A stretch of DNA of 64,000 bases from Paraspadella gotoi (Eukaryota > Animalia > Chaetognatha): NCBI GenBank assembly GCA_051294375.1, contig CM119271.1, positions 12,059,620-12,123,619 of the forward strand. Reading direction: 5' to 3'. Shown piece by piece: positions 23,497 through 37,426 of this stretch. Below the pieces are notes generated by a model. The model searched no databases, was not told the DNA's origin, and was given only the letters and a program-made list of their open reading frames with translations. The position numbers were made by a program, and so were the translations under genes. How positions within the stretch are numbered: the first letter of the stretch is position 1; each line of letters begins with the position of its first letter.

Positions 23497-26400
23497 TCAA
23501 TGATCGGCCACGCCCCCGTTGAGATACATCGCGAGAATCTTTTCAAAGGCGCGTGGATTGAATTCCTTGAGGATGTAAGGCTTCTGCGTCGATTTGTACT
23601 TTGTCAAAGTCGTCGGTCTCCAGTCTTCCCTGACGCTGTTCTGACACCCGGCGTCGACCCACGCTAGATTTTTGACGCCGTCCGGCGACGCCAGGTCGAC
23701 CGTGTTGAGTTGAAAGGTGACGAGAGTGAAGTTGTAGCCGTTGGTGGCGACGCTCTGGAGGACGACCGGCTCCGGGAGAACGCCGGTAACGTCGACGCCG
23801 AAGCGAAGGCGGGCCTTTCGGAAGAAAATGTAATCGTGATGGAAAATCACAATAAATTGTAAATCTTTTAAATCTTTTACTTATTCGTCTGAATAAAATT
23901 AAAAGGGCCGTTGAGATTGAGGCTAAAGAAAAAGACAGTAAAAGAAACAAAAAGAAATAAAATCAAGAAAATGACTCCAAAACAAAAGAAAAAAAACAAA
24001 GGATCGAAAAACGAAAGACATCGATCGACCTGAAATCAGCTGATTAACAACCACAACGACGACGACGACGACGACCCGACAGAAAAGAAAAGAGTTTTTG
24101 ACGAAGGCATTTTGGCCATTTCGTCGTCACCTGCGCATGCGCGGCGGCGAAGGTGAACATCAAAGCCCTGGGGGCGTGGTCCTCGATGTCCCACCAATCG
24201 CCAAGAGATAGGGCGACGGTGTGAGGGTGAATCGGCTGGGAAAGAACAGGACTCTTTTCTCTCCTGGTAAAATTAACAATTAATTATTAATATTTAATTA
24301 TTAATATTTAAATATATTTTATTTTAAAACGAGAACTTTCTTTTGTGACTTTATTTTGTGACTTTCTTTTGTGATTTTCTTTTGTGAACGTATGTCTTGT
24401 TATTATACATCTATTATTTGTTACTTTTTTAGAAAGTATTATAGCAACAGCCGGGTTGCCTGTGATGCCCATTGGGAAGGGGCATTGGGCACTGGCTTTG
24501 GGGGCTTCCGACCCTCAGTGGCGCCGCGGTTACCTTGGGACGGTTTCGCTTTGCCAACGCAGAGGGAAGTTGTGAGGATTGTGGATGGAACGCAACGCTA
24601 GGTGCGTTCCCCCTCTGAGTATTACACGAACTACGCCAGATTAACTTTCTAATCACTTTTAAAACGTAAGTAAAATCGATACCGACAGACCGACTGAAAA
24701 GTGACTTACACTAAGTTACAGAGTTGCTAAACGAGTATTCGCGACCCAACTAAATACAAAAAATTAAACATGGCTGATTTTCTTACGAAAAGGTCAATAG
24801 GTCGGCGTCGTCGTAAATATGTTTGGGCAACAGGTCAATGTTGGGCTTAAGAGGCCAGAGTTCGGGCAGCTTTTCCTCCACGGTAAGACGGACGGCGTCG
24901 TCGTTGGCCACGGCGGGCAGCGGCGAGTCCGCGTAGATGACGCTGTGCAGCTGCCCGACGAGATGAAGCAAATCGCCGTCGAGATGTTCGCACGTCACGC
25001 GGACGCCACTGTCGCGTATCAAGTGACGTTTCTGTAGATTTGGTCGAAATTCCCGTTATCAAATGTCCGGCACTATTTTTATATGTTTAATCCTATCCCT
25101 AACCCTAATCTCTAACCTTATCTTCTAACCTTAAGCTTACGTTTTGATTTGGGATGAGGGTTTGACTTAAAAAATAAGCTAATTAAATAAAATTAAATAA
25201 ATAAAATTAAATAAAATTATTCGCAACGTCATAATAACGATGTTTATTTACATTTTTATTTCCTCGTCAAAATTTTCTGAACGAAATTGTATAAATGTAT
25301 GAGGTTTGTTATTGTTTAGCCTCTCAGTTTGGAGTGAAATTTCTTTTAATTAAATCGAAACTTTCATTAATAACTATAACTATAATAAGTATAAGGTGAT
25401 TCTCGTCGATAAGCAGCAAACAAATATTAAATAACAAAAAACGTGGATCCCGCTATTCCATCTGTTCTATTCCAACCTTGAGAGAATCGGTGAGCGGCGG
25501 CGCGTCTTTCCTCTCCGCGTCTCGCTCGTGATTGTAGATGGCGCAGAGGTGGAGAAAGTTGGCCAGGAGCGTGTCCGACTGACGCTGGTAGGGGACGCCG
25601 CGAGGGAACTCGCTTCGTCGAGTCACGTCCCATCGAGATACGAACTTGTAAGGGTCGTTCTTGTCGGGCGGAGGATACCACTTGGGGAGCTCCTCGTTGG
25701 TCTGGTCCCAGGCGACGGCCTGAAGGACCAAGCGACGGAGGAGTTCGTTCTGATCGCGAAGACGAAAGACTCCGAGGAGATTCTGAAAGCGGAATAAGGA
25801 GTTTGTCTAATATCAAATTGCTACTCACAGTATGATTTAATAATTATCTAATATATTTTTCAATAAATAAGCGCTCTTGCTCCTGAAATGGGACAGCCTT
25901 CCATTCTTCTTACAAGATAATAACTTAGCGAAACCTTCAAGTAAGACTTTCTCACATTCTAGAGTGCTTGGCTTTCTAATGAAGTAGTATAATATGAAGT
26001 GATATAATATTTTTTAACAGTTTCAATTTGATAATAGAAACACCCCCTGTATTATGAGATTGTAAAATACTATATTGTACTACGCACTCGAATCAAAATA
26101 CCTGAAGCTGATTTCCCTAAAATTGTCACAACCAAAACAAAGATGATCGACCCCATCTCGTTTGACAAACCTCCACTCTCGGCGGCAGTCCCTCGATGAG
26201 AACGCATTTGGCAAGCAATTGCGCTTGCTCCATTCTGCACTGAAGCTTGGTCGTCTCGTGGTAGACGTAAGCACTCCGCTCCTTCCACAAAGGATGAGAT
26301 TCGATGGGCGGTTTCGGCTCGAAAACTTTGAATCTGGGATCGTCGCGTTCTGGAGTCCAGGGTGGGTGGACCTAATTTGGAAAGTGGAGGAGGATAAAAT

Positions 26401-27254
26401 AGCCCCAACTAAATTCTCCGCCTGTTTCAACTAAACCCTCCGCCTGTTTCAACTAAATTTTCCGCCTGTTTCAACTAAACCCTCCGCCTGTTTCAACTAA
26501 ATCCTCCGCCTGTTTCAACTTTTAAAAAAAGGTTTCTTCACGAATATAAAATTTTGTAAATCTTGTTTGTATATAAAATAGGTACAAACTATATAAATAA
26601 GATTCAGTCATTCAGTAAAACAAGCTATCTTGCCCCTGACTTCGCAGTCTAAAACACTCTTACAAGGGAATAACATAGGAAGATCCATCAAGCTTTCAAT
26701 CAACACCCTCTCACAGTCTAGTTTATTAGTAGAATCAGTATAATTGATCTGGACTCCTGCGCGTGTCTCACCGTCACCTTATTATTCTCAGAATAAATCT
26801 CGTTTCAATTTCATCCAAGAAATATATGAGTTTTTCCTTCAATGTGGTGGCAGTGGTGGGATTCGAACCACAGAGACTTGAAATCCATGAGTTTTTCCTT
26901 CTATGCTATCAACAAGTGATATATTGTATTGTATTGTATAGTATTGTAAAGTGTTATTTTCGCGATAAGGTGGTCTACTTTGTGGATTTTGGGATATTCA
27001 AATACCTTTTTTATTTTATTGTAACAATATCCTCGCCCGCTCCTCACCTTCGGCTTTTCCCACGGAGGATTCCAAAAGAGGTTTTCCACGGGCTTCCCGC
27101 TCCGCTCTACGTGCAGCTGCAGACGCGGATCGGCGAAGGTGATCTCCTTGGGGACGACGATGGGCGATCCCTCCTTCCACTTTATCTTGCGAATGCGACC
27201 TGGATGGATGCCGCGCTGACGATGATAACCGAACAGAGCGCGAGTCAACCGCAT
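23497..27254 (-). CDS. MRPL37: Mitochondrial ribosomal protein L37 (mL37), 6 exons
   Basis: MRLT.. presequence; QAQLLAKCVLIEGLP; FPRGVPYQRQ; C-terminal LPEPVVLQSVATNG...FQLNTVDL...GVKNLAWVD typical of mL37. Exons approx. 27047-27254, 26170-26371, 25477-25782, 24787-25031, 24131-24263, 23497-23814. Confidence 0.85.
24440..24619. mobile_element. Inverted partial copy of the 255-bp element
   Basis: GCAACAGCCGGGTTGCCTGTGATGCCC...CGCTTTGCCAACGCAGAGGG matches the family, with internal deletions. Confidence 0.8.
26841..26886 (-). pseudogene. tRNA-Leu 3'-fragment retrocopy with CCA
   Basis: Minus strand GGTTCGAATCCCACCACTGCCA-CCA, flanked by 15-bp direct repeat ATGAGTTTTTCCTTC (26826-26840 and 26887-26901). 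Confidence 0.65.
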
Positions 27255-27932
27255 CGTTATTTTTAAAAGGAATTGTAACTAATCTCGATGAAAATAAAAA
27301 AAACAAAAACATAAGACATTTTACAATGAGGAATATATATTTAGCGAGCAAATACACCAAACATTTCTACTACGTCTGGTAGAATAAGGAAAAAGACGTC
27401 AGAGATTATTATCTTTATTATTATTATTTTTCAACTATACTAAAAAAAAAAAAAAACTCGAAAATGGAAACATTGGTACAAACTTTACCAAACGAAAGGG
27501 GGGGAACGTATACATGTAAAAAAGTGGCGTTGGGAAAAAAGATTTTAATTCGAGACTCGGTTTCAATACGACAGAAGGGGAAGTGAGAATATAAATCGAA
27601 AACGAGAGGGAAAAAAAATTAGTTTTAAACAAAGAAAATTGAGAGAAGGGGGGGCTGATTGGCGGGAAGAAAGATGAGGAAATTCGACAAAAAAGTGTTC
27701 GTCGCGGATTTCGACCGGATTTCGACCGGATTTCGACCGGCTGCTTCGAAGCAGAATCCGCGGAGTGACGAAGCCGTGCGCGCTTTTCGCGAAAGCTTCG
27801 ACCCGAGCGCGGGCGCCAAGAGATGCGCCGCAAAGTGGGCGCCGAGTCCCTGCGGCGGCGAGTCCCGATCCCGATCGAACGATCGATCGATTATCTGAGG
27901 TAGACGATCGCCTCTCCCTAGATTCGCGCGGG

Positions 27933-28409
27933 TCAGTGCGCGGCGCCATGGTGAGAGCCGGATCCAGCGGATCCCTGACTGTCTGCAGCGGTGACGGCGG
28001 CGGCTCCTGCGGGCCCCGCCGTCTCGTCCTCAGCGAAGCCTTCCGTCTCACGGACGAGGGCGCGCTCGAGGATGACGCGCCCCTCCTTGTATCTCTGCGA
28101 CTCTTCCGTCGCGAACTCGTAGATCCAACCGAGTTTGGCGTCGCAATTTTTGCAAGAAATGTCGCGTACCATGTGTCGGCCTGGAGTAGGTAAATGTCGG
28201 GAAGGTCAGACAACAAACCGTACCATGTGTCGGCCAGGGGTCAGTAAATCAGACAACACTCACACCATGTGTCAACCTTGGGGTCAATAATTGTACAACG
28301 AAAGAATGATCAGGTGATTAACACAGAGGTCTTGTTTAAAAATCAGGCAGCATGGGAGTATTGTCTGACTTTCGGCCGTCGGAGATTCTCTCTGTCTTCT
28401 AAACTTTTA

Positions 28410-28457
<48 letters not shown>

Positions 28458-28735
28458 CTTAGTCTCATAATTTAAAGTTGATAGGAGCATATTTCATGCC
28501 TGTCAAAATGTCTCATCTTAAACACTCCATCTCTTCCTACCGCACCGGTGAGCATTACGCGGTCTTGGATGTCGCTGAAGGAGAGGTTGACGACCTTGTT
28601 GAAAAGAAAGGCTCTACCAGTGGCGCCGGTGAATCTGGTGGAGATGAGTTCGCGCCTGTTGGTCAGATTCGCGTCGCAACTGGCGCAAGAGAAGAGGCGA
28701 CTTCCGCCCATGTGATCAAGAAAGATGCGGCCCAT
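27933..28735 (-). CDS. YPEL5: Yippee-like 5, 2 exons
   Basis: [78 protein letters not shown]. Confidence 0.95.
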
Positions 28736-29269
28736 TTTTCTCCGTCGAACGAAGAGAGGGGAAAAAAAAGTCTTCTTCTTTTTTATTTATTCTTATTTTT
28801 TTTTTCTCCGACGTCGGAGAATCGGCTACGAAATAAAGTATAGAGGGGAATACAATCCGCTTCGGCGCTCAACACGAGAAAATGAGAGAGGGAGAGAGAG
28901 AGAGAGTTTCTAAAAATTAAGAATTCTATTTTTTTTTTTTAAATAGGCTAGCGACAAAGTTGACATGAAAAAAAGGAAAACCCCCCCCCCAAATTCCGAG
29001 CCTCCATCTCTCTCCGAAAATACGTAAACATTTAAAACATTTAAAACTATTTTTAAAAACTATAGTTTTTAATCACGTGAAGTTTTTCCTCATCGAACAG
29101 GCGATGGTTATACGTAAATGATAAGCGAAGGGAGTCCGGACGAAAACCAAAAAAAAAAAAAAACCAAAAAAAAAAACTATTAAATAAGAGACGAGTGCAG
29201 TTTAGTTATTTCTTCCCTTTCGATTAAGGCCTATTCGTTGTTGTTGTCGTCGTCGTCGTCGCGATCCCC

Positions 29270-31048
29270 CTAATCGTCGAGCAGATCGTCCCTCCACTCG
29301 AAAGCCTCCGGGGCCTCGGGCTCATCCTCCTCCGGGGTTTCGCCGCCGGGTCCGCCGGCGCTCATCAGTTCCACAAGATCTTCTTTGATGTTCGGCGACC
29401 TTTCGAGACGGCGGGTTGGGGGGGGGGAGGGTTGGGGGGGGTGGAGGGAAGGAGGGGTTTCCACATTAAATGATATAAATTCAATGTAACCAATACATTA
29501 CTTATAAACGATAATATCCATTTATTCATAAATTAGCTTTGATTGGATCCAGCTCGAAACTTCATCCATCGAATGATTTGATTTCATAACTCTAATGATT
29601 GATTGACTACCTACCATAGAATGATTGACTTGACCGACATCATAAATTTACTCGATCGATTTCTTAACTTCATCTTACGATGGAATATCTTCCTCATGCT
29701 CTCCCCTATTTCCCCACCCCCCGCCCTCTCAAACTCACTTGTCGCTCATCAAAATGATCCCTCCGATCGAGAGATCCTTGAGCGGCGCGTATCTCTTCGA
29801 GTTGGCGATCATCGCCTCCAGATCGGGCGTCGCCTCCTTCGCCTCCGTCGCCTCCTTCCCCTCCGCCGCCGACGCGTCCGCCATCTCGGCGTCGACCGTC
29901 ATCGGCGTCGAAGGCGCCTCCGTCGGCATCGAGAGTCCCTTCAGTTGCTGCGGCAGCACCCGCGCCGGGTTGCGGAGATACTCGAAGTTGGGTTCCTCCT
30001 CCTCCTTCTTCTCATCCTCCTTCTCCTCTTTCTTTTCCTCCTTCTTCTCCTCTTCCTCCACATCCTTGGAATCGGCCGAGGATTTCCTCTCTCCTTCCTC
30101 CTTTTTCTCCGCGTCCACGTCCATCTTCTCCTCCTTTCCTTTCTTTTCTTTTTCCTCCTTTTTTCTCTTCGCCTTCTCCGTGATGCTGAGGACGGCGGTG
30201 GCCACCTTCTCCTTGGAAGCGTCCTTCTTTTCCTCCAGCTTCGGAGGGTAGGCGTAGAGAGAGGGCTTTCCGTTCGACAAAAACCTCATTTTCGGCATCT
30301 TGAGATCCTGGAAAAGAGGGAATGGAAAAGGGTAGTGGAAAAGTAAAAAGGATGTGGAAATTGGGAATGGAAAACAGCAAAGTAGCGGGATATCGGAAGG
30401 TTTAAACGGCTGACAAAAAAAAAAGGATGAACGTTCCTCAAATAACAAAAATCCCCCTAACACACCCTGAATCACGCCACCTAAAAATGAGTCCCAACCC
30501 TGATTTGACCCAACCTTGTTGAGGCCGATGATGGCCGACGGTTGGAAGGCGAGGGAGAGGAAATGGGCGTAGGGGAACCAGAACCAAAACTGGGTGAAGA
30601 CGAGCATCCCGACGATGCTCTGCATGTGGGCGTGACCGGTCCGCGACGCCAACGAGATGGTCACGTTGCGTCCGCCGGCGTCGATGATCCCCTGGGCGAC
30701 GATGGCACCGTATTTGGCCATCACGTCCTCGTGTTTGTCGCCGATGACTTTGGCGTACAAGTCGCGAAATGTTTTCACCTGGATCCGAACGGAACGAGGG
30801 GAGGGACCAATGAACGGAAATTGGTTGCATTCGTGACGTCTATCTTTTCGGATCATCGAACATTTGACCAATCAAAGAGCTAACATCAGGCCCAAGCTGA
30901 TCAATGACCAAACGAGATAGAACAATGATGGCAACAGCATTAATTATAATTATTATATAATAAATATCAATAATTAATGTTGAACATTATTATCATTAAT
31001 AACATAATTAAATAACGTTACATTTTTCAATAATGAATCCCTTCCCGA

Positions 31049-31114
<66 letters not shown>

Positions 31115-34100
31115 ACCAACCTTGGGATTGAGCCCCTCGGTGGTGTTGACCAGGACGAGGGCTGAGGCCAAAAGCGCCCCCTGTCTCACGTAGTTGACGG
31201 GATCCGCCGTCAACGGCTCCAGGATGTTTATGGCTTCCTTGAGCCCCGTCCCGGCGCAACAGATGCCCAGCGCCATCGCGGCGCCGTATCGCACGTGCGG
31301 GTTGTACGACTCGGAGAGGAGGCTGACCACGGAAGGGCACTGCTCCGGGTTGTGGAAGAGGAGAAAGCCGAGCGCCTCGACGGCGGCGCGGCGGACGTCG
31401 TCGTTGACGTCGGAGACGGCGACGTGGAGGAGACGTTGGATGGCTTTGTTGTGGCCCGTGCCTGGGAGGAGAAAAGGGGGGGGAGGGTGAATGATGAAGA
31501 ATGATGGAGAAAAAAGGGTAGTGAATGATGAAGAATGATGCAGAAAAGGAAGGAGTGACGAAGGAATGTATGATGAAGAAAAGAAATACACATAGAAAAT
31601 TGAACACGAGAAGAATGAGGAAAATTAAAACGATATTTAAATATTATTTATTATTGATAAAAGTTACTCTGCGACAGAAAGACAAAGAGGAGATAGTCGT
31701 GACTACTAATGTAGCAGAATAATTTGTGGTTCATTTCAAATGAGATCGAGTTCAATCTCATTTACATATTGTAGCAGTTTAGACCATTTCTCATATCTTT
31801 TGATACAGTTTTCATAGTAGTTTTATTTTACGGTTTTAATAATAATATAAGATGCCCCCCGTTAGACTAATAATATCCGAAAACCTAAATAATTCGAGAT
31901 AAGAAGTGAAGAGGATGAGAGAGAGAAAAGGTCCATAATACGAACCGGCGTAGGCCAGGGCGACGGTGTACATCCCGCTGCGACGAAGAATCGGATCTTT
32001 GTCTTTGCTCAGCGTCTCGATCAACGCGTCCGCCTCCTCCAATCGTCCGTACATGGTGAGTGCGATGCCCAGCGCCAGTCCGCGCAGGATCTTCTCGTGC
32101 TGCGTGTCCTGAGCGTACGCGACCATGTCTTCGATCGCCTGGGCCGACTTGGTTCCCAGCATGACTAGACCCATGGCCAGGCCCGCCGCTTCGCCCGTCA
32201 CCGCGTCGTCTTGGTACAGGCAAAACTTGAGCTGGTCGTAGCAATCTTGCCGAGCCGTGCCCATGGCGGCCAGGCCGAGCCCGAGGCAACCCCCGTGGCG
32301 CACCTCAAGAGAGATTGGGGAAGCGTAAATTTACGACAATTGTAAAGAATAAACCCTAGTACAAAATTAAACAGCAGTTTCTACTAAACAAAGTTGATAT
32401 ATAATCATTAATCAGTCAAGCCTTCGATAAACGAAACTAAATAAAACAATAAATAATAAGATTAATTATTAAAAAAGCCAAGGTCCTGACCTGCTCGTTC
32501 CCCGCGTCCTTGATCTGATTCAAGAGATACTCGGTGATCTCTCCTCCGTGATTCACGTGAATGAGTCCGAGGGCGTAGAGGCCTCCCCCCTCGGCGTAAG
32601 CGGATCCCCCGTTGTTCCCTCCCACTTTGGGGAGATAAGTGGCCATGAACTTGAGGGCGTCCTTCTCGTGACCCTTGTGGATGACGCCGAGGGAGGCCGT
32701 CGCCGTGAACTTGGCCCAATTCGTCGCCCTCGAGAGCCACTCCAGATTGTCGCGGAGGAAGGTGTCGGAGGTGGTGCCGGAGTGCATGAAGGCGTTGGCG
32801 ACGATCGTGGACGTGTGACAGATGGAGTTGCGCACCTGAATATTAAGCGAAAGAGAGGGAGGGAGGGAGAGAAAATTATAGAAATAATAAAAAAAAATAA
32901 ATTCAAGTGCCAGCGCATTTATAAAGATTAGCAATAGAATAAATTTATAAAAATAAATAAATGTAAAGTAAAAAAAAACCTCTCACCGTTTCCTTGGTCT
33001 TCTTCAATATCAACAAATCCGTTTGATTGTTTCTGATCAAAAACTGGAGATGCAACGAGATCGTCGTGTCGCCCGAGAGGATTCCCGCCAACTTCTTCAG
33101 CTCGGAGGAGATTTCTCCGCCGCCGGCGGCACCGCCGGCGTCTTGCGTCCCGTTGGGCGTAGATTCCTTGGCGGCGGCCGGCGCCGTCTCCGCGTCGTCC
33201 GTCTCCATAGAATCGGCGGCGTCCGGCGGCGGAGTCGCCTCGACCGCCGGCGTCGTCGGCGCCGGATTGACGAGTTTGAGGGAATTTCGAATCGAAGTGA
33301 GAAACTGTTGGGTGGCGGATTCGTAGAGGTCGAACCCGATCTGATAGGCCATCAGGCAAGTGTCCGGTCGCTTCAACAGCTTCTCCAAGATTTCCGCGGT
33401 GCCTGACGACGCCGGGGAAGGGGGGAGGAGAGAGAGAGAGAGACGCACCGCGTTAGCGATTCACTCTTTGTTTTATTTACAATAAAGTTTTTTTCCCTCA
33501 CCTTGGGGATCGTCGAGAAAGATGAGACACTTGCACACCGATATATAATCTGACGCTGGTAAACTGAAATCGGAAAAACGATAAAACGTGAGTGAGAGAG
33601 AGAGAGAGATGAGACAATTGCCGCCGCTGACCTCATGTACAACTCGACGAGGCATCGCAAAACCTCGTTTCTGAAGCTTCGGTTCTGAATGAGGGTCATG
33701 GTGACCTTGAGGGCGTAAGTCAGCATCGCCGGTTGATCGTCCGATTCTAGGATCGACTTTTTGAAGATGTCCAATCGACGAGTCTCCAGGGCGATGCCCA
33801 GCGCCTGAAGGAGGACAAAGAACCGATTGAGATGTCGGAAGCAAGATAGCTTGCTCAATGCTTATTTAATGAATGCATAATTTTGATATTCATTGTACCA
33901 ATTTCATATATTCATAAGTATAAAATCATCTATTGCATTCAAAAACGGAGCGTTGCTTTCCTGCTTGAATTGTCCGTGATTGAAGCATCTGTCAAACATC
34001 CTGTCGACGATGGCCACGAGTCGCTCGTCAACATCCTTCGCTTTTCCTTCGCTCGTCTTTTTGATGTAGAAGTCGATGCATTTGGCAATCGTCGTCGTCA

Positions 34101-36359
34101 CGTATTCGCTCGTGTCTTAAGTGATGGACAAATTGGACTTTTTTGACCATCAAAATTATTTTCGTTTTTTACAGATCCCGACAAACCCCTTTCCTTAGCC
34201 CAAATCCTTTGTCCCCCCCAACCCCTAATTCTCAATTTTCTTAGTTTTTACTTGCTGGATCCTCAATAACCATTTAACTCAAGAAAATCCGATCAAATTT
34301 TCTTCCTAGATATTCCAGTCAAGTCTATTGAGAGACAAACTTGGGCTCCACGTACGATCGACGTCTTTTAGACAACGAAATCTGAACTTCATTAATTACC
34401 ATATTTCTTGATCTCATTAGTTAGTATGAAGCTTACTTCATTTAAAAAAACGGTAGTCTCAAGTTATCTCCTTCTTATCACTTAGAACTTCCCAGGTAAA
34501 TTTTTATGAGTTAAAAACACGGTAAGACATGGTTTCTTCAATGATTGTTTATCTAATCTCATTAACTTCGTAATTTTAGATATAAGTATGTTCAAATTTT
34601 TATGGTATAGATCATTTTTAAAGATCAAATTCTCATAAGAATCTTCACGTCTTTTACTTACATAAAAGTTTTTAGGTAAGACGCCACATTATCTGATACA
34701 ATTTTTTTTTCTTCATACGCTTTCCCTGATTCTTTTTCTTCACTTCTTTTCTTCTCTTTCTTTATATTTTCCTCTTCCTCTTTCCTCCCTTACTTCTCTA
34801 TCTGTCACTTACCATTTTTTGGCCCCTACTTTTTTCTGCCATTCATGCACTTTCCTCACCTTTTTTTTCTCCTTCTCTCTTTCCCTTTCTTTTCCCCTCT
34901 TTTTCTTTCCAATTTCCCCTCATTTCCTACCTTTTATTTGTCTCACTATTTTTTCCCCCATTTGCCTATTTTGTTTTGCCTTTGGCCCCCTATTTCATTT
35001 TCTCCCTTCCCTTTTCTTGTTTTCTCTTTCCTCTTCCCTCTCACTACGTTTACATTGAGCCATATCAAAGAAAATCTTTAATATGCATTATAAGAAAGGA
35101 TATTAACGGTAACGGAGGTTTTTATTTCAATTTTGGTTGCCTAGCAAATTTAGTAAATCGACAGATTTTGCGGAAAATCTTTCCGCAAAATCTGTCGATT
35201 TTCAGAAAAAACAAGTCCTGACGCTTTCCATTGGGTTAAAAGGATGCGGTTTTTTTTGTTTTATCAACGACAGTAAGTACCCCATCTTTTAAAACTAATA
35301 AATGAGTTGAAAATATTTTCTTTATCATAAATAAATGCAAGTCACAAAAAGTCACAAATTAAAATTTGTCTTTAAAAATTATTTGTGGCTAAACGAAAAG
35401 AGTTTTTTTGATAATTTTGTAGGTGTTAAAAGCTTATTCTGTGGACTGTATTTTCTGTTAGTTTAAGCCAATTTAAACTATTTTTGTTTAATAAATTATA
35501 ATAAAAACTAAAACTGCGACTTTTTGACTTGTCAACTTTAAAATTAATTCATAAGTGAACTATGAATGTATAAAGAAAATATTTTACTCAAGGGTGAAGA
35601 AGATAAGGAAGAAAGGAATTCCAAAATAAAAAAATTTTCTCAACTTTCCTTAGCATTCAAATTTGAAGACGAAAGTGAAAATGGACAAAAATGGACATGA
35701 TTTTTTTTTTTAAAAGTTGCAAAAATGTTACTCTTATATGATTAGAAATAGCTGGAGATGGTTTTAACCAATCCGTATTTTTGGCCTAATTTATATTATG
35801 GTGCAAATAAAAATTAATTTTGTTAATAGTAACTGAACAATACTGGAAAAAGTAGTTTTTTCTCTGAATGCGAGGATCGTAAGCAGAGGCCTTGACAGAC
35901 CGACAAACCGAACGACCCTCTTAAAGAGTTGCTTCGCGACTCGCGAGTACTCGCCGTCGCAACTAAAAAAAAAATATCCAAAGTGAAAAACCTTGAATGT
36001 CGAAGAGCTCCTCGGCGCCGAGAGCGAACTGGAGCGAATCCTCAAAGGAACCGAGGTGGTGATAGACTTTGGAGGTGAGCAGCGCCGCCTGTTTGTGGAA
36101 CGGAAACGACTTGTCCTCGTACAGAACCTGGAGAGAGAGAGAGAGATGAGAAGAGAATGAGAAATAAGATTGAGGAGCGATTGGAGGGACGCAGAACCTC
36201 TATCTTGTTGACGGCGTCGGCGATCTCCGCCCAGAAGACGTCGACGACTTCGTTGAGCTTCTCCAAGGCGTAGCCCTGCACTTGACTTTCTGGCTCGTCC
36301 AGTAGAGCCAAGAGCCCACCGGCCGAGGTCAGATTCAGCCGCAGGTTCATATTCCTCAT
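29270..36359 (-). CDS. PSMD1: 26S proteasome regulatory subunit RPN2, 12 exons
   Basis: [51 protein letters not shown] repeats ([18 protein letters not shown]) and C-terminal [10 protein letters not shown]. Start could be ATG 36359 or 36350. One intron needs a GA donor (see findings). Confidence 0.96.
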
Positions 36360-37426
36360 GAGTCGTTGGTCAGAGGCTCGGTGTGGTTTCACAGAACGAT
36401 AAATAATCTTTTCAATAAGTGTTATATTCGACAATGAGAAAATACGAATCTGGAAATGCTTTTTGTAACAAAAATAACATCCAATAATAATAAAAGTGCA
36501 ATTTGATTATAGATCTAATGCAATGAAGTGGAAAAAAAATTGTTTTCTTTTTTTTTTTTCATTTTTCAATTCGGGTTCATTTGTAACAAGATGGTTTCTT
36601 AGTATCTGTTACACGTTTTGACAAGAAATTCAAGGGAATCAGATGCTCGTTTTAAAACTAAAGATAAAAAAATCTGTCGGAACTAAAATTGAAAAATCAA
36701 AGGAAAATAAATTGATTTTTGTTTGAAAAAAACAAATATAGTATAATTTAATTTTTTTTATTTTTTTTAGTCAATTTGGATTTATTTTCATCAACGTTGC
36801 CCATCGACAGATTCGGCGTGTTTTTTTTATATTTCGAATATTAGAATAAATAATAAGATATCGAAGCGCTTGGAGAGAGACACGAGTAAGACCGAAGCAA
36901 TGAAAACGGAGAAGACGCCGGTTCAACGAGTTGCCAGGCAACGAATACAAATAAAAAGAGGGTCGTGCAAAAAATGTTTTAAAAAAAATGCATGGCGCAC
37001 AGTTAAAAAAAAAAAATAATCTACTTTACTAATTGTTTTTTGTTAGACGAAACTATCGTGTATAATAATTTTTTTTTTCAAAAAAAAATCTCTTTCAAAA
37101 AGGTAAGTAATTCGATTATTGCTGTATACATCGAGTCAAAATCTAAACTATATGTATATATATATATTAGATATCGCCTCACTAATCTCGTCAAAAATCG
37201 CTAAGGCTTTCAAAAAATGTTTTTATGGGCCAATCAACGCTAAGGCTTTTTAATATAGGCCAATCAGATAGTCGGACCTAAAAAAGGCCAACGCCCATTC
37301 ACCAATTTTTTTAAAATCTAAGGTCTAAGTCTAAAAAAAAAAAAAAAAAAAAATACTCCACAAAATTTGGTGGTGGTGGTGGTGGTGGTGGGGTCTGCGT
37401 CGTACGTCGTCGTCCGTCGTTGTGAT

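Noticed and set aside
25095-25140. CCCTAA-like repeats (also about 52590-52660) as telomeric sequence
   Set aside because: Few, degenerate, intronic copies; not enough to infer telomere type or taxon.
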